Assembly: GCA_051294905.1 (NCBI GenBank)
Contig: CM119371.1
Span: forward strand, 28,274,001-28,338,000
DNA length: 64,000 nt
Reading direction: 5' to 3'
Source of the DNA: Botryllus schlosseri
Lineage: Eukaryota
In this document: positions 27,149-41,089 of the stretch, one piece after another
Numbering within the stretch: the first letter of the stretch is position 1
Layout: every line of letters begins with the position of its first letter
Translations under genes and position numbers: made by a program
The notes under the pieces: model-generated
Databases searched by the model: none
Seen by the model: only the letters and a program-made list of their open reading frames with translations
What the model was told of the DNA's origin: nothing

Positions 27149-29385
27149 CAGTGGTGGGCAACCTATTTGCTAATCACGGCCGCATTTCGATTACTTATGT
27201 AGCCTAAGGCCTGATTCCAGGGCATAGCCGCAATGAACGCACTGAACGCACTGAACGCAAAATGACCATGTTAATCCGTCCATATCAACCCAGTGAACTC
27301 CGGACTATTCTACTTTTCACAACGGCCTATTGTACGCACCGAAATCACGAGTGGCAATGTTCTGAATAGTTGCTAGGATTGCATATTGACGCGCGGGCGC
27401 GAAAATTTTTCAGATGCACGAATGAATTGTGTAATTGTTAGTAGCAGTATCACATATTACAATCAAATATTTATCCTTTCTCAGCCCATGTGATCAGATT
27501 TACCGGTAAAGTTTATACAGGCAGTGATTTCGAAAATTTATGGCATGTTCGGGTGGGCCAATTGTTATTAGTCACTATGTTGCATGCTGTTATTTCTTGA
27601 CCCCAATCAAGATTATCGAATGTATCGGTAGTGGAAATATATTGAAATCGCCCAAATGTACCATGAACAATTTTATTTCGTGAGAGCACACGATTCCGAT
27701 TCCGGCTCAGATTGAGAAGGGCACTACTACATGGTCGCTCTGATCATGCTGGATCTCTCCGCTGCCTTCGATGTAATCGACCACGTTCTATTGGTGGAAC
27801 GGCTCCATCATGTATTGGGAATCTCCGGCGTGGCATTAGAATGGGTAAAATCTTACTTGAAAGATAGAATGCAGTGTGTATCTGTGGATGGTGTCCGTTC
27901 GTCAGAGATTCAAATCGAATCAGGAGTACCACGGGGTTCTGTTCCCGGCCCATTGCTCTACCTCATGTACACGAAGCCAGTCGGAGATATTTGCCGTCGC
28001 CATGGTTTCTTCCACCAATGCTACGCGGATGATACACAGGTTTACGGTCTAATGAGAAATAGCAATGACTGGGCTGGGAGAGCGTGTCATCCAAGTTACA
28101 GCGATGTCTTATCGATATTGAGCTCTGGATGACACAAAATCGTCTCAAGTTGAACAAAGAGAAAACTGAACTCATCATTTTTACGCCAACCAGACGTCCC
28201 ATCGACCACAATCAATTCACCATCAGATTCGGACCAGACACCATCCAAGCATAGACCTGTGTACGTAACCTAGGTATTCACCTTGACGGCATGCTCTCAA
28301 TGGAAAAACATATCGACTATACATCAAAGATCTGTTTCATGTATATCCACAAGATCAGTCGAATCAGGAACTACCTATCTGAGGATGCATGCAAAGCCAT
28401 AATACTGTCGCTGGTGATATCACGGCTTGACTATGGAAATGCTCTGCTTTACGGGGTAAACCAAAATTGCATCGACAAACTACAAAAGATCCAAAACATC
28501 GCTGCTCGTTTGGTAACTCGGTCAAGGAAGCGTGATCACGTAACGCCGATCGCTTCATTGGTTACTCGTGAAATTTAGGTCTGAATACAAGCTTCTTCTG
28601 TACGTCTTCAAATGCATCGAGGGAAGTGCACCAGCGTATCTTCGTGAGCTAGTGACAATGTATAATCCCGGAAGAGCGCTGCGTTCTCAGTCACAAATGC
28701 TCTTGTCAGTTCCAAGAGTCAGAAGATCGACCAACGGCGCGAGAACCTTTTCTTCCTCGGCCGCCATTCTGTGGAACAATCTTCCAATTTCTATCAGACT
28801 ATGTGACTCGCTATATGTTTTCAAACGCAAAATCAAGACCATTTTATTCACACGAGCGTTCGAACTAGAGTAGTTCATTCCGCCCTACAACTATGCACTT
28901 CGTCTTTCATACATATCGTACTTTTATATTTTATTGCCTTTTATGTACAGCGCCCGAGTGTAGTAATGACATATTGCTATATTCGGCGCTCTATAAATTA
29001 TTTTATTATTATTATATTCTTCTTTATTCACAGTAAAACTGGTAGATACACACATAATCCGGGGGGCAACCTGCCCCCAACGGAAAATGGCGAGATTGCA
29101 GTAAATTTTTAAAATTTCAGTAATACATTCAAATTGTTATTCCTATGCAATACACGGAGAAGTCAGATTACATAATTGCAGCAGATTATTATTATTATTA
29201 AAATCAAAAAATGACGTAATGTTGCATTGCGCAGCAAATTTCAAGAATAATTAAAATCTCTTTAAAATTTGGGAGGGAATTCGTAATTTCAATTTGCATG
29301 TCGACGGCCGCCAATACATACTAATGGAATTGGGTGTCGACGGCCGCACAAATTCCCTTCTACGACCGCAGGTTGCCCATCCCTG
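27149..29385. mobile_element. hAT-type element, middle layer, hosting the LINE
   Basis: cagtggtgggcaacct/aggttgcccatccctg, cggccgc subterminal motifs; TSD ttctaata/tactagta (6/8). Confidence 0.75.
27708..29018 (+). mobile_element. 5'-truncated, frameshifted L2/CR1-group LINE (reverse transcriptase C-terminal half plus 3' tail)
   Basis: RT motifs LDLSAAFDVIDH, GVPRGSVPGP and YADD, then LKLNKEKTE, SRLDYGNALL, LQKIQNIAARLV and LWNNLP, spread over several frames. Ends in a hairpin and a TTA-type tail. Confidence 0.93.
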
Positions 29386-29983
29386 TACTAGTAGTATACG
29401 TATGGTATATCTTACGCCAAGTCTGAATCGGCATTCCAGTTGTTGAGTCTTTAACATTTCTGACAGATTTCCCCCGTCTTATTTGAAAATAGCAAAAAAT
29501 GTTGAACATGACATCAATTTAGTTCAGGGTAGGTTGCATTGAGGTTACAGGCACAACAGCTACTCAGCGCACCGAGCTTAAGGCTACTGACAAATCTATG
29601 AAGTAATGAATGACTTACACGAGGTAATTGCTCTAAATCTTCAAGGATCATAAAAAAAATTGCTTAAATGAAGTTGAAATAAGCCTACACTCCGTTAAGC
29701 GCGACTGCTGGAATTTGAATTTGGCGAGCTTTCTTGAATACGAATTTTTTTTCAACAATTGTCTTCTCAGAATGGTGGTGAAGCACATGTTTAGTCAGAA
29801 TTCATACAGACTTTGTAAATTTCTCGTGCCCTCCCTGAGAGCCTCCCGCGCCCCCCCAGGTTGAGAACCACTGAATTAGACTGAAATCCGGATATCCAAT
29901 TCCAATCTAATTTGCAGAATGTTTCTACGTTAAATTTAAATTCCAATCCAATTTGTACATTTCTCGAGTACGGTACTGGTACA

Positions 29984-32900
29984 CTATGGAATGTGACTAT
30001 GGAACGGAAAGTCCCGTTTTCCCATTGTTAAGTCACGCTCGACTGAATCTAGCGGCTTTGGGCAACAATCGAACAATTTGCCTTACGTTAAATGGCATAT
30101 CACACTTATAGATACTCGACTTCGATAACGAAATTACTAGACTAATCAGTCAGTGGTAATCTTGAAACTTGCTACAGTGTTAGATGACATCATCAGGATA
30201 AATTAGGAAGCTAGTCGCTCATCTGGGTATGCAACACAATCAAAATCCACATGGACCGATAGCGGCTTTTACGAAAAATCCGTTACGCGCTAGGCTGCGC
30301 GCACCTATATACTCGACTTCGATAACGAAATTACCACCCTAATCAGTTAGTGATAATCTTCAAATTTGCTACAGTGTTAGATGACATCATCAATATATAC
30401 AATTCGAAAGCTAGTCGCTCATCTGGGTATGCAACACAATTAAAAGCCACATATAGACCGATACCGGCTTTTTCGAAAAATACGTTACGCGCTAAGCTGC
30501 GCTCACCTATATACTCGCGTAAAATCCACTACCGGTATGCGATAGCGCACTTTGCGCAAACCTATGCAATATACAAATACACGCAACTTCGAATGGGCAT
30601 TTCGGCGTCGGCCATTATTTATCACCCTATTGGGGGCCCAAGAACAACGTTTTGGGGGGCCTGACGAAGTGCTGTTACGGTCCTGCATCCAGCCTATAGG
30701 CCTACCTGCGGAACAGATTTTACGCAAAAATCTGTGTTGCTCTATAGATTTTGAAGGTGTTTCCATAGCGGGAGAGATGACCAGATTTCGTATCTATTAT
30801 TCGGATTATGCGTTCTAGCTCTGTGCGAAATTTTTAGGCTCTTCCTACACAGTTGGATTAGTAATTTCGTTACCGAAGTCGAGTATGTATTGTATAGGTG
30901 CGCAATGCGCAGTGCGCACACCCGCACAGCCTAGCCAATAACGGATTTTTCGCAAAAGCCGGTATCGGTCAATGTTGATTTTGAATGTGTTGAATACGGA
31001 GATGAGCGACTAGCTTTCGAAGTGTATACCTTGATAATGTCATCTAACACTACGGCAAGTTTCAAGATTGCTACTAACTGATTAGGGTGGTAATTTAGTT
31101 ATCGAAGTCGAGTATATAGGTGCGCGCAGCCTAGCGCGTAGCGGAGTTTTAGCAAAAGCCGCTATAGGTCTATGCGGATTTTGATTGTGTTGCATACCCA
31201 GATTAGCGACTAGCTTCCGCATTGTATATCTTGATAATGTCATCTAACACTGTAGCAAGTTTCAAGATTACCACTAACTGATTGGTCTAGTAATTTTGTT
31301 ATCAAAGTCGAGTATCTGTAAGTGTGATATGCCATTTAACCTAAGGCAAATTGTTTGATTGTTGCGCTGCGATTGACCAAAGCCGCTAGATCAGTGGTTC
31401 TTAACCTTGCCCCCAGCGCCCCCCAGGGGGCGCTGGCGATCTTGAAGGGGGGCGGAAACGCTCAGGGGGCGATATGGGGGGCGCTGGGCTCAGGGGGGCG
31501 GTATAGGGGGCGCTTGAGAAAAATGGCTTCGCAGTAGATGATGTGGTGATAGGACATACTTGATGAGTATTCAGAGCAAATTAACACCGAAAACTTCGTT
31601 ACATATAACCTTTAAAATACATATAGGTTTAATTGTCCATGGGCGCATAAATGACTGACACCGAATGTTCCTGTCTTGGCAATCTGAACCCCAGAAGACG
31701 AATTCCATCTGGCAGGAAAAAATTATATGTCAGTGAAGAAATACCAATCTGAAATCGTGTGCGTCTTTTAGTTTAGTACGATTGGGCGACAGGGATATTG
31801 CTGTTGGGCGATATCCCCGTTGGGCGATTCTATATTTTTTGATATTGCAGACAGGGGGTCACGAAATAACATCATGCAACGAAGTCATACCAACGGGTTC
31901 GCCCGCCCGAATATGTTTAATTATTAGTAACGGGCCCTACAGTTTCCAAGAAACCTCACAATGTTCGCTTTAAGTTTTGATGAGTCTGCGCACACTCAAC
32001 AACTCACTGCGCTGACCCTTGGACAACAGTGCGTAACGACTAAAAAAAGGTAATAACTCCGGATTTGTTGTGCGCAACGTAGATTTTCTGTGTGCAGAGA
32101 CCGTGTCAGCACTGCGCGCGTGCGCAGCTTAGAGGGAACATTGCACCTCACTCAGCTCTACCGGTAAATGGGTTTACGTGAGCAGAGAGAGGATAAAAAT
32201 TGGTCTCAATTTACATGCAATTCCCGATTATATTGACCAATTCAATCATTAATTATTGAAATTTTTCGCACTTCGCGCGAATAGGCGAGAATAGCTGCCT
32301 CAGTAAATGGACACCCAATGTAAATACCTAATAGGCTATCAGCAAATAGCGGACAGCCTACTGGGGGTCTGGGAGTGAAGTCCCCCGGAAGTTTGGTTTA
32401 TCACCCGATGGGGGCCCGGGACCAACGTTTTTTGTTTGGGGGGGGGGCTGACGAAGTGCTGTTACGGCCCTGGTAACGAATAATTGTACCGGCGGGCACG
32501 CCCGAATATGTTTAATTATTAATTACGTGCCCTTTATTTTCCTATACAACAGCTCACTCAGTGCTACTGGTAAATCCGATTACGTGGGCTGAGAGGATAA
32601 AAAGTTTATAGCGACTTATATATGTAATTACCACCTATTCACTCATGCATTATGGAAAATTTTGGCACCTAGGGCGACCATGCCACACAAACTTTGCTGA
32701 CCATCAAAATCACGATATGGGGTTCGTAGGGGCGAAGCCCTCAGAAGATCGGTTTATCACGCTATGGGTGCGCAAGGCAATCGTTTTTAGGGGGGTTAAC
32801 GAAGTGCTGTTACGGCCCTCCCTCTTACTCATTGTCTTTATTACATTCCTTACAATATGAAGTTGGGGGGCGCTGGAGCACGATAATTTTCGAAAGGGGG

Positions 32901-33001
32901 CGCTGGAAGAAAAAAGGTTAAGAACCACTGCGCTAGATTCAGTCGAGCGTCATCTAACAATGGGAAAACGGGAGTTTCCGTTCCATAGTCACATTCCATA
33001 G
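29984..33001. mobile_element. Foldback element with ~530-600-bp inverted arms built from ~200-bp tandem units
   Basis: ctatggaatgtgactatggaacggaaa...tttccgttccatagtcacattccatag; 5-bp direct repeat gtaca on both sides; right arm interrupted at 31392-32930. Confidence 0.9.
31392..32930. mobile_element. hAT-type element inserted in the foldback right arm, itself containing fragments of the 52038 family
   Basis: TIR cagtggttcttaacctt/aaggttaagaaccactg, gggggcg motifs, perfect TSD cgctagat. The left arm shows the empty site. Confidence 0.92.
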
Positions 33002-33009
33002 GTACACAG

Positions 33010-34019
33010 TAGGGATGGTGTGAACGTGAGGTTCACGTTCGCGTTCTGTGTGTGAACCTCAGAATTTTTGAGGTTCGCGTTCACAACAGAACCTAGGTTG
33101 GTTCTGCACTGTGAACCTTTTTTCATACATTACAATTTTCACTTCATTATAACACCTTTGGTTCAAATTTATTGCATTTCAACTGCGGCATAGCGCTGGC
33201 AGCACAAACAATCAACACTAAACGAGCATGCACCTTGACAATCTCAAAAATGTTACTTGATTTGTTAGAAAAGTTTGCTCAAAATATCCAGCTTTCCGTT
33301 TGTGAATATTTAGTGGCTCTCTGCTGTGAGCTTGACCCGAAATCTCACAACATCATGAGCGAAATACACTACATGTAGTCAGCGAATGATGCTTATTAAA
33401 CCAATCAATGAGATTGATATCGTTTTCTGATGTAAAAATCTAGCAGGCGTACAGGGTCAATCTTGTACAGGGTAAATCTTAATGTATCATAAAACAAAAG
33501 TCGAGCTATTGTGGTGTTGGCTACTGCTGTATAACTTGTTAATGGGGCAATATCGGTAGCAACTAGCAAGTATAGAAACCCGTTGTACATTCTGCTCAAT
33601 ATCCATGTAGCAACACTCATACATACACATACACATACATTGTCCGGTCTGGCCTAGACCGTTAAGGCGTAAGCTTATATTCGCTGTCAAGGCATCCTCG
33701 AAATTGTTGGCAAAGCGACGGAAGATATTGATTTTATGGGATTATTATATCATTTGATTGCCTCAGTAGATACATTCAGCGACTTTTAAAACGTCAATAT
33801 GTACTTCAGCATTGTGGCATTATGTGGCCCGAGTCGTCGCTAGGTATCGTGTACTGTACATTAATTCAGGTTATCACTTCATTGAAATATACGGTTGAAA
33901 TTAGCAATATGACGCCACGTTACGTCATGAGGTTCACGTTCGCGTTCACACAGAACCTTTCAAAAAGCTTCGCGTTCACACGAACCTGAACCTTTCAGAG
34001 GTTCACACCATCCCTCCTA
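33010..34019 (+). mobile_element. tagggatgg-family hAT element, uninterrupted copy
   Basis: TIRs, perfect TSD gtacacag; homologous to 19148-22178 and 58243-58767. Confidence 0.9.
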
Positions 34020-34024
34020 GTACA

Positions 34025-37000
34025 CAGTGCGAAACGAGCGAAGTTTGCTTTACAGGCAGCATTTGCTATTCTGCTGGTTATGAAAATTACCTCTGATTGG
34101 ATATGAACTGAAAATATGTTAAAGGTCAAAGTCTTGTCAGATTTAGAAATTCTAATTCTAATCTAATTTAAAAATAAAACGGCAAACATATAGTTCTAAT
34201 TCGACACTATTTTGAGAACAAATGTTTTAGTATAATTTGGAAAAAATTGGCAACTCTAATTCTAATTTTAATCTAATTCGGTAACAGTGAAATTTTCTAG
34301 CTGTCAAAGTCTGTCTAGCAAGGGTCGTTTGCTTATGGTGTCAGCGCCAGTCGAGATATTGTTAATAAGAGCCTTCCCAACGTTCATTGGTCTGGCTCAC
34401 CACATACTGCAAACTCTCCAAACTGAGCCCGCTTTGCGGTAGTGCTTGGACTATGGTGACGGTTCAATTTCGCAGTAAGGGTTGGTTCTCGGGTTATAAT
34501 TAGAGCCCACCTTGGCTATATGCAATAGATATTGCATTTTGACTAATTTATTGATGAAGGTGCTAGCTATCGGTATTGGATCAAAAAATTCAACATCGTG
34601 TTCTTTCCAGTTATAATGCCCATTTGCCGTTCATTATTGTATCGCATGGCCAGTGCCGGGCACCCAGTTATGATGCGAGTGTAGACATGAAAAAATGAAT
34701 TTACTTGAATGTTGTTTTATTGTAACGATTTCTCTCATTGCGTATTATTTGTTTTGATCAACCCATCAACCCTTAGATAGGGTGATTGTAACTTGCTGCA
34801 TGAATGGATACTGTAGCCATGTTCAAAACTATTTTAGTTGTTGTTGTTGATAAACTGGTTATTGATAAAATAATTTGATGGACTAAAAAAAACCTAAATA
34901 CTATTTCTTCAAACCAAGATTTTCCTACTTCAATAACTTTGTTTCTACGGATTTAATTAGAGCCGAATTCGCTTTGTATCGTAGCCAGTTAAGATTTGGA
35001 TAAATACTTTTTCATAATAAATTTGATATTATCTACTTTTATAGTTACGCTTCGACTAGTTGCAATCGAGCCAGATTTTATATCCAGCATTAATTTGGCC
35101 AAATTTACATTTTTTTCAGGTGGTGAATGGAATTTAAAAAAAAGAAATTTTAGAACAGGCCTTATGGAAACAACATTTTGTATATTGCTTACATTGATTT
35201 TTATTATTGCGATTCCCCTGGCAAAGGGCGATCTCATCATGAATCATGAATGAACAGTCAATTTATTCCAATGGTGTTTTGGGAGTTTAAAGAAATCACA
35301 TTGCTTCACAGCAATTATCAAGCCAAACACAATGTTCATAAAATTTTGAGACTACATAATTTTATACAGTACTCCTCCCAAGCTTTTCTCTAATGTAACT
35401 TCCTATTTTATGAAAGTATATTTCAGTCGCTATATCATTTCTGCAGTATTTGGCTAAATATCAATGGAACCATTATTCTGACAGGGAACAATCAGACAGA
35501 AGTTCCAGATGTAGCGGTCGACGATTCCGGCTTATCTCTTCTGGTCGATAGAGGTAATTAAAGATTTTTACTCGTTAACTCATTCCAGATTCAAAATTAC
35601 AACAAAACCGGTTGCTGTAAGGTGGGTTTGTAAACGCCATTCAGTTCACAGCCATTCCATAGGGCAACTCATGGTCGTTGAACTTAATTTAGTTGGAAAA
35701 GTGTACTGATAAACAAATGAGGCGCAGCTCTAAAAATGCTGGTACATTTGGTATAACGTATATTGTTCTTCGCAAATGCGGACTTAAACAACATACGAAG
35801 ATGTAATATGACACATATGACTGTTCTCCGTATGATCTACTCAGTAACATGCTTATAAAGTGTGTTTAGAGCAATGGTACTCTGCGAGGCAATTTCATGG
35901 GGTCCGTGAGACCTTCACCTTTGCAAAATGATTGAGAACCTGATTTGTATTTTTTTTAATTTGGGAAATCATGAGGCAATTTCGCTCCACAACTGCCAAA
36001 ACCTCTTGTCTCACATCATCGGAATAATTGTCTGACATGAAATATCCTACTGTGTAAATTCATTTTAATTGCCAATTTCCCAAAAATTATTGATATAAAC
36101 GTATTGCTCTAGAGACGTTTCCTTGGGGTTTGTGGGAAAAATTAAAGTCTGGAGATAGTAAGGTCAATCAGGTTAACCTGCGTAAAATCTGCGAATTTTT
36201 TTCGCTATGAAGTTGTCTGTCTCATCAAACTATTGAACAGCGGTTTGAAATAAATATTCCTGAAGTATCTTCTCTGATTTGTCCCAATGAAGGGATTGAA
36301 ACCTCACCAGGAAATCCACAGATGAAAGACCAGGCGGAATGAGATAATATCTTTAAAAATATGCTTTTTCATTGTTGGTGCCATAAATGTTGTGATAACA
36401 CCAAAAGTGTCGTCGGAAGCGTTACACGTAAATATTACATTAGTCTCCGTCTATCTATCTATCGTATATCACTCGCTCATATCAAATCGAAGATGCGGAT
36501 TTTCAAGGCACGGCCACGTTCTACAAAAAACACAGCTGCGAAATTAGCTTCGAATAATAAAAATCCACCCAATTTCTACATAAATGGTGTGAGGTTATTT
36601 TCAAGAAAAGTCATTTTGTTGCTGTCTATAGAAACAACATATTTGCACATGACAGATGACGGTTGCGCCAAAATCGAGTAAAATTTTACTTGAACAAAAC
36701 TTGAAAGTGTCCGCAAGGGTTCTTGACGGTCAAAAAGGATTCCGCAAAGACAAAAAGGTTGAAAACCACTGGTTTAGAGAACACCAGAAACAATGACACT
36801 AAACAATTCATTTACAGTCTGATCAGTTATGTGATTAGGCTGAAAATTTCACAAATGTGGTCGACAGAACAGACCATCTTTTTTCCCAAAATTATAAAAA
36901 AAACGGTGATTTGTAAAACAGAATTCTGCCAGAATCAGGCTCTGAACTCTGCATTAATCTCACTCTAATCAATTTCAAATTGATATTTATCGACAGTATG

Positions 37001-37644
37001 CTTCCCGATCTACATAAATTGTCCGGTTTTGACAAAGCAGTTGACGGGAAGATGATTACTTGCAGCGGGCTTTTGTAAAATACGTTTAAAGGGCAATTAT
37101 CCACAGGAACATACACCAATTTTATTAGAATAAAGTAAGAATAACTTCGATACCGGCAATATATAAATGGGACTAATTTGAAACGACGGTCGTCAGATCG
37201 GGTTGTTCTTCATCAAGACTTCACTACTGGCCACTTGTCTTGGAGGTAAAAATTACCATCTTGGTAATTTCTAATCTTCCGGCAGCTCAATCTTCATGAC
37301 GATATCCAGGCATACCAGGCTTCCATTTAAATAGTTCATAGTAGGATTCGAAATGACGCTTCAGCAAATCTGATACCTTGTTCGAAATTAGATTATAATG
37401 AGAATAAGAGCTACACAACTTTCCCAAATTAGATTAGAATTAGAATTAGAACTTCACAGCTTTTTCCGAGTTAGATTAAAATTAGAATTAGAATTACTGA
37501 ATTCGGAAAAACTTGGAAATTGAATTAAATTGTGAATGAGGAATAAATACAGCAAAAAGTCCAGTTTACATCAAATCACGGTGGAGTCTCACACGCATAA
37601 GAATGATTAACGTCTGTATACCAAGCTTTGCTCGTTTTGCACCA
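34025..37644. mobile_element. Old TIR element with (TTCTAA/ATCTAA)-rich subterminal arrays
   Basis: gtgcgaaacgagcgaagtttg...acag at the left is an inverted match to ctgtataccaagctttgctcgttttgcac at the right. CTAATT arrays are mirrored (34140-34290 vs 37380-37500), and another end lies at ~44960-46240. Confidence 0.5.
35872..36771 (+). mobile_element. hAT-type MITE (family of 40378-41089)
   Basis: Right TIR aaggttgaaaaccactg, degenerate left TIR, perfect TSD gtttagag. Confidence 0.8.
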
Positions 37645-37772
37645 TACCAGGGGGGGTCATCGATACGCGGCCGGGGGGGTCATATTTCGCAGCCAGCGAC
37701 ATGATCTGTAAAGTTGGAAGAACGCGAAGTAGTACTGTAGAATTTGGTCTAAAAATGGGTCAACCTAGAAAA

Positions 37773-38478
37773 AATTCTTATAAAGACGTATGATATACCG
37801 TTGGAAAGGTAATTTTATCAGCTTTTCAATGATATGTTTTGCCATTTTTTTCACTTTGGGGAAAAAAAGTTATGACCAAAAACGTGCGAAGGGGTAGAAA
37901 TTGAAATTAGGGAAAAAATTGACATAAACATATGAACAGAAGGCTAGAAACTAATGATTTATCAACAGAAGAGCAGGATATAGATGCAGAAGCTATAAAT
38001 GAAAATGACAGTAGAATGACATATCTGTTTCAGGGAGAAAGAGTGAGCAAGACGGGGTGTGGGGGGGACGTCGGGGGAGGGGGCACCAGTAGAGCTGTCG
38101 TTGTTCGTTATAACTTCATTGTGGTAATTCTTATAAAGACGTATGATATACCGTTATAAAGGTAATTTTATCAGCTTTTCAATGATAGGTTTTGTAATTT
38201 TTTTTACGTTGAGGGAAAAAAGTTAGGACCAAAAACGTGCGAAGGGGTAGAAATTGAAATTAGGGAAAAAATTGACATAAACATATAAACAGAAGGCTAG
38301 AAACTAATGATTTATCAACAGAAGAGCAGGATATAGATGCAGAAGCTATGAATGAAAATGACAGTAGAATGACATATCTGTTTCAGGGAGAAAGAGTGAG
38401 CAAGACGGGGTTGGGGGGGGGGGACGTTGGGGGAGGGGGCACCAGTAGAGCTGTCGTTGTTCGTAATAACTTCATTAT
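37773..38478. repeat. Two near-identical tandem copies of a 353-bp unit
   Basis: aattcttataaagacgtatgatataccgtt... begins at both 37773 and 38126. Confidence 0.95.
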
Positions 38479-39329
38479 GTTCTTGTTTACTTACTATGGG
38501 TTGTTCCATTTACCCTGCTTGTTTTTTAAATAGTGCTTAGTCAAAAAGAAACAGCAATTTGTGTTAAGTGTAGAAAAGGCTATCGGACCGGGGATTCACT
38601 GTGTCATGTTGGAGCTTATTTTTGAGAGAGTCATAGTAATATACATCCTTTAGACTAGGGTTACATTTAGAACAAAAATCAATTAAAAACAAACATGTTC
38701 AAAACAAGACCCTAATTTAAAACTTGTTTTTTATTGTTTTTTGTTTTTGTTTTTAAGTCACGACGTCACGATTATTCAATTGTGGCGTCATAATGGATTG
38801 AAATTAACCATTGAAAACATAGGGTAAATATAGCCCCTTTGACAAAATATATGTACTGCAACTGTTGAACCGACTATTTTGAGGGTTCCAACCATCCCAT
38901 AACGATATGCGTCGTCTAAATTGGGTGGTAATTGTCCGTGTGTTCATACAAGATGTTTTTGGTAAGTATTTACACAATTATGGTATAACTTTACAACTTG
39001 AAAAAATACCATTTTGGGTTTTTTTCTGAAGGCTTTTGTTTAAAATATGTTTTAACAAAGTATTTTAAAACACCGTTTGTTTTAAATGCAACCCTACTTT
39101 GCACACTATAATTGGTCATGCTTTGAAACTGGATTGTGAAACGCTGATCGCAACTTATCAGAAAATTAGGAAAATGGCCGTATGCACACAACATGCCGTA
39201 ATTTATTGAGAAACCATGCGAGATCCAAGAAACGTTTGTGGTGGCTTTATCGAGAATTGGTATTTCTTAACTGGCAAATAATTTTTCTCTGATAAATGTT
39301 ATTTGACCTGTGGGGTTCAGATTGCCACG

Positions 39330-39676
39330 GTCAAGGTTTTCTCGCAGGCGACCTATTGGCACACTTTTCGGAGAACCATATTGGCAAATACTTCGTATGT
39401 TTTCGTGCATCGCGGCGTGGTAATGGTCGATGCCGAAATGCCTATTTTTATTTTCTATAAATCATGCTTTTTTCGTGGGGGAAGGGTACTCAATATTCAA
39501 AAATTTGGCCACATGAAATCGCGGACAGCGCGAAAAAAATTGAAATGAGTTGCCTAAATTGTCAATAAGTGATGTAGGCCTATAAATAATTTATGTTCAT
39601 TCACCGACATAATTTCGGGCCCTTTTCGAGCTTGGGACCCCCAATTGGACGATGGGGTGCGGCAGTTACGGTCCTG
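39330..39676 (-). mobile_element. Terminal fragment of the 52038-52976 family
   Basis: Reverse complement of the family left end (ggcagttacggtcctg). Confidence 0.7.
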
Positions 39677-40377
39677 GTTAGAGGTGAAAGTCCGGTCGCT
39701 GTTTTCTAGTTGTGATTTTACTATTGGCAATATTTTGTGCCTCAATCCCATATATATAATAATTGCATGTGGTATATTAGGGTTAAATCAAGGTTGTTAT
39801 ATCAGCCATCGGAGAAGGGCTCACACCATGTGCTTCGAATCAGATGTACGCAATCCGAATTCCCATCTGTGATTGGCAATACGGGAAATTATTTGTATTG
39901 GGTTTTGTTTTAGTGCTCTGTATGACTAGTAAATCAGCTGGGAACGTCATGGAGATATCTGCCCACCTTGGATTTGGTACTGCACCCAGTAATTAATTTT
40001 AACACGAGTGCATTCCAAACAAAGGTCCGCTCCGCAACGATGTTGGCTGTATATGATTTCATAAATGTAGTAGCCTTAACAGCCCCTAAAGCACGGTAAC
40101 TGAATATATTTTCGAATATTCTACCAATGGGTATTGTGTCATTATAAACATTTTGCGTTAGCCGACAAGATACATGTTGCGATTTCGTATGTAGCCACCT
40201 CCGACTAAATTTCGAAAGTATGCGACCACCCTCCCCCCGACCAAATATACTTAGTTATTTCTGCCACATGAAGTAGTTTTCACATGTCTTGGAAATTACT
40301 ACTTATACTGTTAATTGAGTAGAAAATATAGGGAGTTACTTGAGTAGCAACGCCAATCACTTCTACAAAATCTAGTT

Positions 40378-41089
40378 CGGTGGTTCTCAACCGAGGGTCG
40401 GGGTCCGCGAAGCCTCTAAACTTACAAAATAGTTGATTACCTAATTTATATTTTTCAAATTAGGAAAATCACGTGGCAGTTTTGCTTCATTACAGTTGAA
40501 CTCACATCACCACGATGGCCGCCTGAGATGGAATATCCTGCTGTGTGGACTCATTTTAGTTGCTAAATTGCCAATAACCCACTGATACAAATATTTGGCT
40601 GTATAGAGATGTATTGTTGTGCATTGCCTAAAAAATAAATGGTTGGATTAGTAAAGTCAATCACGCAGACTTCAAAATGTTCGCAAAAATCCGTTTTCTT
40701 CTGTGATATAGGCCTATATAACCATTTTCCCTAATAACTTCAAGATGAGCTGCTAGATATAAATTAACAGGCTTGAAGTTATATGTTCAATAAAAAAATT
40801 GTTTGTCAATTTTGGCGTCATCATTGTTGCGACCATACCCAAATGTGTCACCGGTAGCGTTGTGCCTTATTATTACATTCGCCACCATCTTTCTTTGTCT
40901 AAATGGATTTTCAGCACTCGTTGATATCAAATCAAAGGCACAGAAAAGACACGACCACGTATTTCAAAAAATGCAGTAGTAGCAGCTTTGAAATAATAAA
41001 AGTCAACCCAATTTCTACATAAATAGAATGCTGGGGGTCCGTGATGGTCCAAAAAGGGTCTGCGAATACAAAAAGGTTGAGAACCACTG
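40378..41089 (+). mobile_element. hAT-type MITE nested in the Academ-type element
   Basis: cggtggttctcaacc/ggttgagaaccactg; TSD atctagtt/ctcaagtt (6/8). Confidence 0.75.

Larger units (their letters stand above)
27026..29873. mobile_element. hAT-type element, outer layer of a three-level nest
   Basis: cagcggttctcaacct/aggttgagaaccactg; perfect TSD aattagac. Confidence 0.88.

Noticed and set aside
34989..35340. Minus-strand SPFARGIAII resembling an L1-type endonuclease motif
   Set aside because: Only one short motif among stops, which is insufficient without a profile search.
37932..38533. Duplicated ORFs (INENDSRMTYLFQGERVSKTG)
   Set aside because: They are products of the 353-bp tandem duplication within a transposon.
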